NCBI GenBank assembly: GCA_964270895.1 | Contig: OZ185439.1 | Strand: one strand, 5' to 3' | Origin: Podarcis filfolensis | Taxonomy: Eukaryota | Length of the DNA stretch: 64,000 nt | Shown here: one piece after another, positions 38,701 to 50,700 of the stretch | Numbering within the stretch: the first letter of the stretch is position 1 | Layout: every line of letters begins with the position of its first letter | Notes under the pieces: model-generated | Database searches by the model: none | What the model saw: the letters and a program-made list of their open reading frames with translations, nothing else | What the model was told of the DNA's origin: nothing | Translations under genes and position numbers: made by a program

Positions 38701-41700
38701 TAAAAAAAAAGTAAAGCAGCATGTTGGGTCAGGAAAAGCATGGATAAAAAGAAATGTCTTCACAAGGTGTCTGAAACAACTAATGGATGATGCTTCATGT
38801 ATGGCTGAGGGAAGGAAATTTCACAGTGAGGGGGCAATAGCAGAAAATGCCCATTTTCAGGCCACAAGTAAAATTTCCTCAGATTATCTAAGTGAACTTA
38901 TAGCAGCATGCTGAATTGGTCCTGCCCTTCCTTGAATTTGGAGCAACAGACCACTGCCTTGGCTTATTGCAATATATCAGGGATGTCCAATCTACTGGTC
39001 AATCCCTGCGAGGTTTTGGTCGATCGCAGTCGATCGCTGGCCCCCTTCCGGCCCCGCACCCTCGCCCTCCATTGTTGGAGAACGGAAGACGGAGTTTACA
39101 AACCCAGGCTGTTTTCCCCACTGCAATCCTTCTTTGACCCCAAAATAATGTAAAAACATTTCACACCCCCTCCCAAGGCTAAGCAAATTATGCCTCCCGA
39201 ACCCCCTAAAACGGGGCTTTTCCCCTCCTCCAAAAAAGCTTTGACCTAAACCCCAATAAAAAACTTTGACCTGAACCCCAATAAAATGGGGGTAGATCAC
39301 TGCCAGTTTTTAATTCTGTGAGCAGATCGCAGTCTCTTGGAAGCTGGCCACCCCCCTGCAATATATGAAGCGACACTCATGGTTTATTTCTCTCAAACAA
39401 ACCATGATCAGTAAGAGAAGAACAAACTTTGGCTTGCCATCATGGTTTGTTTAGAGAGAAACAAACCAAAAGTGCTGGTTTGCAGTCAAAGTAAGCCAGT
39501 GTTTATGCGTTGGCTGAATGGTGCAAACTCCTGTCAAATCTAGCATTACATTTCCAGCAGCGGTCAGCCAGATGCCTCTGGCCACAAGGAGGAAATAAAA
39601 AGCAACAGGCATCTGCTGCTTTATTCTCACTGAAAAGTGAGGTATTCGGGTGGGGGAGTAGGGCTTAACAAAGCCTATGTAGTTAAATGGAATCTTGAGT
39701 CTATGCCTGAATACCATTTGTACTGTGTGCAGTTCTGGGTGCCACATTTTAAGAAGAGTCTAGGCAAACTGCAACTGGTGCAGGGGAAGGCAGCAACAAT
39801 GGTGAGCAGCATGGAAAACAGGTTCTATGAGGAAAGGTTGAAAAACTTGGTGCGCTTAGCCTGGAGAAGAGACGTCTGAGTGGGGACCATGATAGCACTC
39901 TCCAAATACACAGGAGAGGGCTATGACTAGATCTACTGGACCTAAGCGAGAGGAAGGTAGATGATGAAAAACTTCTTGATAGTTCAAGCAGTTCAAGAAC
40001 GGAACCAGTTGCTGGGGAGGGGGTGAGAGAGAGCTAAAATTCCCTGAGAGTCTTTAAGGCAAAGGCAAGGATGCTCTAAGCTCAGGATTTCCTGCATCGA
40101 GGAGAGAGTTGGCCTAAAGGGCCACTATCAACTCTTATGTTCAGGTATATCCTGGCTCTGAATCTGCAGTTTCCATTTAAACATCATGTCTAATATTCTT
40201 AGGGAAAGTGTCTCACAAAGGCTTTGTTTAACCCCCTTTTAAAGCTATCTAAACCAGAGGCCATCTTTTAGCTCTATTATGCATTATATAATGTATACTT
40301 GATTTTGGCAGTCCTAAACTTACTTAAAATCATCTTCAAGGAGTATGCCCAAGTTCTAGTGTTGAAAGAAGTCTACCTTCCATTTCCAGCCACTCATCAT
40401 TTTGTAAAACACTGTCACATCCTAACTACTTCCCCAATCCCACCTAAAAGACCGCCAACTTGTATCCTTTCTGCATAGTAAAGAGTAGCAATGTGGTTGC
40501 CTCTAACTTTCAGTTACCTATTTTTGTTTTGATGGGGTGACCAGAACTGTACACAGTATTCTGTATGTAGCCATGCCACATATTTATACTGGCATTATGC
40601 TTGCTGTCCTTCGCTGTTGGGAGGGGAGAAAAAAAAAGAGAGAGAGAAGCTAAATGTTTTCTGTTTCTACAGCGTAAGTCAAGATAAAAAGAGATGTTGT
40701 CCTCTTGGTAGGAAAAATATGATTGACAGATCTGGAAGATGTGGTTAGTGCATGCCAATAGCATCTTGAAAAAAATTAACTTCTTAGGTTAAATATTTAA
40801 AATTTTTGTTTTAAAAGAATTTAACAATGGAAGAATCCACTATTTTCCACCCAATTAAAAAGAAAGAAGAAAATAGCTTAATTAATTATGTGTCCTGTCC
40901 ACCACTGTATACACACACCACTAATTACTTTGCAAATGTAACCATCTTAATCCAAGCCTGCACAACTTGCAACCCAGCAAGCCAGATGTGGCCTTACATA
41001 GTGACCCACTGGGGGCTCATTAAAACTCACTTGACATACTATGATACAAGTATGGAAGCCGGGTCACAAATTATACAGGCACATATTCTTCTATATGAAT
41101 TCAAAGTGGAGGAACTGAACCAGAGAGCTAAAAGAATAACGATAAACCTGAAACAGAATCTAAGCATTTATTAGTTTGATTACCTCCTTTAAACAATCTG
41201 AACTGCTTTAGGTAAGCCTAGTAACCATTAAAAGCTGGTTAGAAACCCCAGTCCATGAAGCTATGGGGTAACTAATGAGAGGGCTAGGCCAACTTCACTT
41301 TGGCAGTCAGAGAATTCCTCACTGAGTGTGCTGATCCACCAGGGAAGATTTGTGCTTCAGTAAGAAATACTGGAGGTGACAGTATATTAGGATATTAACA
41401 GACAAGCAGACAGACAAGTTCACCATATTAATTCAATTCAAAATGAATGTGCAACAAAGAGCAAACAATTTAACATGCATGAAAGTGATTCCAGAAATGT
41501 AAAACATGCAGAATGAGACAGCAGAAAGTTATGTGCCCCCTGCTCAAAGTTACCTGTGTGCTTCTTTTTTTGTCTGACTGGGGAACCCCAGCACCTCCCA
41601 TTGTAGCCACCTCTATTTCCAAGGGCTAGTCGGCTAGGAACTTTCCCTTCTTGCTTTAAGACACTGGGTTCCATTGGTGGGTCACAAGGGGATCTCTGAG

Positions 41701-44700
41701 GGTTATCTGGGAAAACACAAGAAGTGGCAATTTAAAACAGCAGCAACAGGAAGAGGAGGAATTCATAGGCAGGTGTAACTTTGGCAGACAGGAGACAGTA
41801 GTGGATAATCACAGGCTTCAGTACTGTTCCCCTCTCTTTCCCACATGGTAAAGAAAAGAAGAAGAAGAAGAAGAAGAGTTTGGATTTGATATCCCGCTTT
41901 ATCACTACCCGAAGGAGTCTCAAAGCGGCTAACATTCTCCTTTCCCTTCCTCCCCCACAACAAACACTCTGTGAGGTGAGTGAGGCTGAGAGACTTCAGA
42001 GAAGTGTGACTGGCCCAAGGTCACCCAGCAGCTGCATGTGGAGGAGCGGGGAATCGAACCCAGTTCACCAGATTACGGGTCCACCGCTCTTAACCACTAC
42101 ACCACACTGGCTCTCCCAGTGTGAAACAGAAATCGTGAACGCACACTGCAATTAGAATCGGATTCCGTGAAGGCAAGGAAGATGTCATTCATTTTTTTAT
42201 TCTGCATCACACCTGCATAATAACAGAAGAACTTGACAACCTATGAGACTAGAACAAATATACAGGCAAATGGGGAAAAAATCTGACAGCAACCCACTTC
42301 TCTCATTTCTCCTTCCACTGGTTATTAGAAGACAGCTGTGATCCTGTGGAACAGGAAGTCATACCTTGGGAGCTCTTTTCCAAAAAGGGTTCCGAAGTGT
42401 TGCTCTGGACAGCAGTGGTTACCCCTGCTTGTTGTGTGACGGGTGTTCCTGGGAGGTGCTGAATGGGCGCAGCTGATTGGGTAGCATGTTTGGAAGGAGA
42501 TTTCTGATTGGCTACTGTGGGCTTGCTGGACGAGTAGAATGAACTTAGAGTCTGAGGCTTGTGTGTTTGGCTCTCCCTGTCCAACAGCTTATCCAAGATC
42601 TTTAAACAGAGAGTGGAACAACATGAAAGTTAGCATCTAAACAAAGGAAATGTCAGGAAAGTGGGAATGGGGAATTAGATATGAACAGGGGAGTTCTCCG
42701 AAGACTGCAGAGGGGGGAATTAAGTTTATTACAATCAAGAGAAGCAGAAAGAAGAAAGAATAGAAGAAAGGTCCTTTTGGCAGGAAGAAGACGGAAGTGG
42801 TTTGCCATACCGCTAAATAGCCCAACCTCTTTTGGGCTTTTTACAAACATATTCATACCCACTACCAGGAATAAACATCTAAAAATAAGGAATAAACATC
42901 TAAAATCCTTTTAGGAAATCAGTTTGATCCACTATCTTCAGGTGCCATTGAGAAACAACTACAATTGACATAGGACTCAACACAGATATGGCCTCTTGGG
43001 AGAAATTGTGGAAAATAACAATATACTTCTCGGCATGCTATATATACTCTTAAAAGAGAACCTACAAAAGATGAGATATAGATGGTACCTCACCCCTAGT
43101 AAACTTGTAAAAATGTATTAAAAGGGAACCAATTTATGTTGGAAATGTGAAGAGACTGAAAGGACATTTATACACATGTGGTGGGGTTGCAAGAAAGCCA
43201 AAATGTATTGGGAGATGATATACTCAGAATTAAAAAAGATGTTAAGGGTCTCCTTTCCCAAGAAACCAGAGATGTTCTTATTGAGTATAGTAGAGGGCGA
43301 ACAACCCAAGAAAGTACTTAGTCTTTTCCTCTATGCAATAACAGTGGCCAAAATAATCTATGCCGAAAGGTAGAAGGACAAAAATAGTCCCCCCAAAATA
43401 GGCTGGCAGAATAAGCTAATAGAATACGTGGAGATAGCAATGCTGACTGCCAAGGTAAGAAATCAAGGTGAGTTGAATATAAAAGAACAGTGGGAATACT
43501 TTGGCGAATATTTAAAGAAATATAGCAATCAAATAAGCTTTCAAGTGGGGTTAGATACATGAGCAGCAGTTAAATAAGTAGAAGAAGGGTTGTATTAAAG
43601 GAGATGCAGCTTAAAAAGGACTAAATAAGACCCCATGGAAGTCGAAGAGTAAGATAAACAATGGCAATTGTATAACTGATGTATTAAGATATGTAAAATG
43701 CATAAATAAAATTAAAGAGATAGAGAGAAACTACTATATGCATGATGAAAACAAAAAAAAATCATTATGCTCAGATACCATTAAACAGCCTAAGGTCTGA
43801 ATATCTCCAAATGGGACGTACTTTTTTTAGCTTAGATTGGTCATCCTTGTAAGTGATCATCAGGGCTAGAGCGAGATCTCCCTTCTCCCTTCGGGTGCCT
43901 TCACACAACAGAGGGTGCTCTGCTTCACTCACTGTCGTCTTCATGCCTGGAAGGCAGAGTACAGAATTCAAACATTTATCCTGCTTGTTTTATATAATCT
44001 CTCCGTTTACTTAAGTTAAGTAATAAACCATCAATTATGCTTCCCCATAGCAACATCTGTTCCCTGTGAGGCATCAGGCTTCTCCTTATTACCATTACAT
44101 ATTAAGCTAAGAAGAAAAATTAAGTTCTTGATGACTTGGCAGGATGACCAAAGTTACATCTCTTCATCAGTGAGAGATGAGGCCTGGCATAAGAAAGAAA
44201 AGCTAAGCACTCACCAAGAGCAGCGACAGCTGCCTCAAAACCTAGCTCTTCATCTCCAGGCATTTCATTATTCCAATTACGGCTTGGAGGTCTGGATCCT
44301 GTAGGAGAAACCACTGGGAAAAAGAAAGATGACAAATCAATAGCCAGCTCTATCATGCAAGGATTGCCTAGACTGGTAAAAATTTCACAGACTTATGAAG
44401 ATAATAGTCTAAAGCATTGCTTTCTAATGTAAACTAACCTCTATCAAGACCTAGATCTTGGGATTTTACTCAGTTCTATTCTATAAAATAAATCTGTTTA
44501 TTAAATTAACACAACCAAGTATTCTTAAAAGGCCACAAAAGCATCAGACACCTAATCTGCTGGCATCCATTTGTCTCGAGAGACAATGAAGGAGTTCACC
44601 TACACCTAATCACAGGTTTGATATTTGTGAAGACTAGAAAGGAAAAGGTGGGTGCGGGGAGTTACAAAGTAGAATGAATTAATTTGGCAAGGCTGCTAGT

Positions 44701-47700
44701 ATAGTAAAGCTGGAAACAGGACTGCAGTCACCACAAGGAAGTGTTTATGTCCTTAAAATTCCATCCTGAAAACTATGGAATTTGTTCTTGGATCTGGTGG
44801 TTTACCTGGGCAAAACCTGCAGCAGAAGTTCAGTATGTTTTGAGAGTATGTTTCGAGAATATGGACATAGTCCCTGAACTTGCTATGTAACTGCAGGGTT
44901 CAAGGAAGCTTCCGGACATTGGACGGGGCAGGACAGCTATGTGGTCCCTGAGATTAATCAAATAAGAGCTCAGTTCAGGTAAGCTCTACAACCCAACTGA
45001 AGGTTCCATTTATATGTGTCAGTTGTAAAAGGTCCAGCCCATACAACTGAGTTAAGTGCCTCCAGAGCTCTCTCATGCATGAGAGTTTGGGCAGTACTGG
45101 AGATCCACATTCATGATGTGCAGGATGATCTCACACATACAAGTGCTAAGTGGCTTCTATAAAGGCATGGGACTGTGGAGCTTGTTCTGCAGAAGTCTGT
45201 CCTCAAGATTTAGGAAGAGAAGCAAGTCATCATACACCCTTTCCCAAAGATTTGGCATGTACCGATTCCTCTTCTTTAGACAAATCTGAAGGGCTTTACC
45301 TGGCGTGCATAAGACATCAAATATGAAGCTGGCCAACATAAGAGGCAAGACAGGGCGGTAATCACACAGGGTTCCTTCCCTCAGCTCTTCAGCTCTTCCC
45401 CGAATAGTGTTCATCTCATTAGAGCCAAGTGGAATTTTCTTCAGCAAGGCCACAATTTCAGACTCCTGATATGCCAGCTTTACCTGTGTGTCACACAAAA
45501 GCCAGGAATAAAACAAATTCACAGGGCCTCTCTACAGAGACATTGGATAACGAAAGTAACACAGAAGTGCTTTAAATGATGCACAAAAAAACATCACTAA
45601 GCCTCCATTTTCTCAGATCAAGCAACAGTGGCTAACAGTTTAAGGCTGCCTCATACCCACGGGCTACCAGGAAACTCCCTGACCTTGGTTTTCTGTAACG
45701 TCACATCAAAGTCCATCTAAGCACACACTTACCTCCAAAGCCTTGGTAGAGGCTGGCGGCCTCTGCAGTTCCAGAGCAAACATGCCAATCTGGAAGGCTA
45801 GATTGTGGTATTCCTGCCGTTCACTCAGCACGGTCAGCAGGAAAGCAGCTTTGGATAAGGTGTTTGTTGCCATCCATGTCTGCTTGCTGGTGGATACCTT
45901 GTTTTTCTTTCCCTGTGGGATAAACAGTTTAAACATAGGGAAACTGACAGACTAAGTTAGTTTCACTTTAAGTCGGGGGACTCAATTTACAAATGGAACA
46001 CACTCAACAGGAAGCGAAACATGTTCTTATTCCAAGGCAAAGTTTACAAACCAAAACACCTACTTCCAGATTTGCAGCATTCTTAAACCAAGTTGTTCAT
46101 AAACTAAGCTTTTCTTAAACCAAGGTACCACTGTACAGCTCTTTAATAGCCTTTTCCTGAATAAACTGGGGGGGGGGAGGGTTAACAGACCTTAATTTTC
46201 TGACTCGATTAATAAAAAGATCTGCACTACACTGTGCTGTTGAACTTTTCAAACCGCATTAAGAAGGCTGATTTTAATGAAAAGTTGCATATTTTTAATT
46301 AGGAGATTAGTAATTTCACGGTTAAGAACCCAACCTGGTGACTTGCTAATTGGTAATTTGTCAGATGGCCCTAGAAATTTATCTGGTCTCCTCGATTTCA
46401 CAGGACATCTCCATTAAAAAAGCAGCTGAGGCATGAGTATGCATTCAATAGTTCCCACAATCAAAACTGATGCAGCTGATGAATTCATTCAGCTTTTCTG
46501 CAAGAGTTCATCTGCATAGAACAACAATTCCACTGTGTGAAGCATTAAAATTATGACTACTTGGTATATCTTGTGATGGGACTGGTTACAGAATTCAGGA
46601 TCCTGAGAATTCAACACACTCTTTAATTAACATGGTTCTAGTCATGCAGATAATGAAATCTCTATCATCAAAGAAAAATTCATCAAGAGTGTACCTTAGG
46701 CAAACTATGTCAGTTTATATGAACTGAGTTACTTTTAAAGGTATTTTTTTTTTAAAGAAAAATACTGGACAAAGAAAATTGCCCTGGACTCTGGGCAATA
46801 TTGCATACAGTATTTGTCCACAGCAAAGCATAGCTCTGAAAGAGAAACCATTTCTGTCCTGCTATTATACTACACTTCCCCCTTCCATTCAAACAGTCCC
46901 CATAGCAGCTCTGTACCTTGGTTGGGGGCTGTTCCACTTTGAGATCAGGAGGGTTGGCCAGCAAGTCCTTGGCAAGCTCAACTGTGAGGCGACAGGCTTC
47001 ATTGCTGTAACCATGTGCATAGAGAGCCTCTGCACAAGCAAACAGGATCTGTAAACGAAGGGTTGCAAACAGAACAGATTCAAGCCCTTGCTTTTTCAGA
47101 TCATCAATACAGAGTTTAGATTTATGGGTAAAAACTCAACAAACTACCTCAGGATGACTTTTCAGAATACAATTTAGGGCCCAAGACTCAGTTATTTCTT
47201 TGTTTTTATTTCCATCACTGAGTTGCATTCTTATTGAGGGGGACGATAAGGGAGGGAAATCTCCTGCAAATAACGAAGAACCAAAGACCTCAGGTATAGG
47301 TACTGCCACGGGCATAGAGGGTTGTTGTAGCATACTGGCCAAGACAATGAGCCAGAAAGTTTCTGTGTTAAATACCACCTCAGCAACTACCTCATTAGGT
47401 GGCTGCAACCATGTCACTACTCTAGCCTCACATTTGCAACTATGACAACAACGTATGCTGCTGATTTAGAAGACCACTGGCCTTCATAGCGCAGCACTGT
47501 CCAGTTAATCTGCCTTGCAGCAGTTCTACGGTGTCAGGCAGAAGTATTTCCTAGCCCTGCTACCTATGATCCACCTTTAAAGGAAGATGCTAGGGACTGG
47601 ACCAAGGACCTACTTTCTGCATACAAAGTGTGTGCTCTACAGCTGGCTAGGAGGCAGGGAGGTCATCCCTATAACATTAACCTACCTTACAGAGCTGTTT

Positions 47701-50700
47701 GCAAGGAGCAACATATGCAAAGTGTATGCAAAAACTCAAAAAATGCTACATAAATGCTACATGTCATTAAAATGTGAAACATGACTGAAACATATCCTGT
47801 TCTTTTCCAAGGCATACCATTACACTCAATTATTTGGGGGGACAGAAGAAACAATCCATAATCAACACACAAATCGTAAATTGTACATTTCCTTTTGGCT
47901 TTATAGATCTTATCCCTTGGCTGTAAGCAGGAGGTGAGCTTTGGAACTTCCCTGAACTTGTATACATTTGCAGGAGCCTAGACACACAGATTTTTGTAGG
48001 TGATTTTACACACATGCTCCCCTTACCTCCATGCGGTTTTCCTGCTCCAAGGGCTTTATCCCAGCAAATATGTCTTGTTCTTCTTCTACCCCTCCCTCAG
48101 CCTTGTCATCCTCTTCCTTAGCAACCTCCTGGGGATTCAGATAGTACACCTGGTAGTCGTCTTCCTCCTCTTCTCCTCCTCCTCCAGCAGCACCATTCTC
48201 CCCCACTTCCTTGGGCTTCAAACTCACCCCACCAGTACTTTCATCAGGGCAAGGAATGTCATCGTCTCCACTACCCACTTCCCCCACTGGGTCCTTTGGG
48301 TTCTTCTTGCTGGATGGACTACTCCTGAGGGTGGGCTCAGTTGCCTCTGAGAAATACACCCCACCATCATCCTCAAAGGTATCCCTGTAACTTCTGCTCA
48401 ACGGGCTGTCTGTGAAGCTGAACGTGTTGCTAGCCTCGGCGCCAAGGGCCAAACTGCTGTCATCTAAAGCCAACTCGGCCAAGTCCGGTTCCAGAGAGCT
48501 GTCCTCGCTGCTCATGCGACGCTTCCCGCTATGTTTGCTGGCCAAGGTCTTTCCCACTGGAAGCTTGCCACCCTTGTTCACAGCCGTCTTGTAGGCAGCT
48601 TTATCACCTTCGGCTGAAAGTCTTCTCAGGACCCGCTGGGGAGCTTCAGACACAACTTTCCGCTTCCCAATGAGTTCTTTGGGGCGCACAGCGGGCTCCT
48701 GAGAGGCAGGGTGAGACCGATCCCCTAGTTGCAAGCACGTCCCCGAAACATCCAGACCATGAGCTCTCCCCGCTTCACAGATGGCTTCTCCACACTGCGG
48801 TCGGCAGTTTCGCTGCTGGATGGCCTTTACCCAACAAAAGGAGTTCTTCTTGTCAGCATTGCTGTACGTGATGCCTGGAATTGGATAGGCCTCCTCCCAG
48901 TTGAAGTAACAAGCTTCCACAGCTGGCTTGAACCCCTGGAATAGTTTCTCAAGGGATTTTTTGTGCTGTCCCCTTTTGACGTTGTCTATTACCTTCAATT
49001 GCCACTGCCTCAGTTGTGTGCACAAATCCCTCCGCCTAGAATTACAGGGGAGAAGGAACATGTAAGTGGCACAGAGGAGCTACAAAGCAAGATTTCCAGA
49101 TTTATAGTTTCCGCCCCATCCAAGATACAGTGGAACCTCAGGCTACGTACTGTCCTCCTTACGAATGCTTCGGGTAACGAGCTCCGCTAACCAGGAAGTG
49201 GATGCCCCTAGTTGCGAACTTTGCCCCAGGATGTGAGCGGAAGTCGCGCGCCAGCAGCGGGAGGCCCCATTAGCAAAATTAAGAACAGTTTCGGCTTAAG
49301 AACGGACCTCCGGAACGAATTAAGTTCGTAACCGGAGGTACCACTGTACTAAATTCAGGTCCTCCTTACAAACTTTCCTTTGTTACTTTTATCACTGAGC
49401 TGTGATGAGGAGTTACACAGCCAATTCAGATTTCTTAATACTCTTGACTGCATTTATATTAGATAGCATCAAGCCTCAGATGATCAAGAACATATAAAGC
49501 TGTCTTATGCATAGACAGACCATTTGACAACCTTGCTTAATAGTGTTTACTCTGCCTCAAAATAACTCTCCAAAGATTCAGACAGGGGCCTTTCCCACCC
49601 CTGCTACGTCAGATATTTTAATAAAAAAATGCCGGCAACGCATGTGCTCTCATTCCCACTGAAGTAACTCTGAGGGTAGTAAACAGTGTCTGCATCCATC
49701 CTCTGCTAATATGGTAGTCAGAGGTCTCCAAGCAAGCTTTTAACAAGTACCACAAATTGATCCCTCTTTCATGCTTTAATATAATCTTCTTTTCTTGGTA
49801 GCAAAACCCAACAGTATGATAAGCAAACGCCATCCACCATCACTATGTATCAGAAGTATAGAGGGTTATGAAGCAGTGCAAGGCCAAAGAAGCACAGGAT
49901 ACAATAGGGACGTAATATGGGAGTTTTGATGGCAATCTTCCCTCCACCCTCTGCATGTTTTGGATCTGTAACTACTTCAAACCTAAATATTTCAAACGCA
50001 GAAAATAGAGATCCATTAATGGGCTGGTTGTCAAAATGTCACATTTTACAGCTTCATTAAGGTCTGATCCCACTACCTACCGATGAGGGCTGATGGTCGG
50101 ATCCAAGACAGCAAGCCTCCAGAGAACCACCATCTCATCGCACATGCTTGCACAAGCATGAGCAGCCACTTCTGACTGGCCGTTGCTACGGCCAGTGTGC
50201 CCACTTGCACTGCTATGGGATGCAGATGTCCTTACACTGTACCACCAGCCGGTTATCTGAGAGAGAGGATGCAGACATGTTAAGACACATAATTCCACGC
50301 TTAACAGACAACAAGGGAAGTACACCTTTGCCTTACTAAAAAGTATCTGCCCTAAAAATAATACTGCACTGCTTTTCTGCAGGATGTTCACAGCTGGGTC
50401 AAGAAGTCTTGAGACCTCAATATCCCCCAAGGCTTACTACATTGTCATCACGCCCTTCCCCTCCCCAACGCACTGTGAATCAAATCGCTTTTGTGGACTG
50501 TCCTCAGAATTCTTCACAAGTCAGGGTATAAATGCCTTAAATAATATATATATATATCTAATAGTACCTGCTCGTAGGTCAGGCACTGGTCTGTTAGAAT
50601 TTCTAGCAGAGGGGCTGCATTGGTGTCCCGTCTCTTGAACATCTCCCGAACAATAGAAAGTAAGTTCCAGATGCCCTCCGGCTCCCTCCCCCTCAGAGGA

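Noticed and set aside
46917-46938. Alternative donor removing VEQPPTK from ZSWIM8
   Set aside because: In frame, but AAA|gtggaa is a weak donor here; unsupported without junction reads
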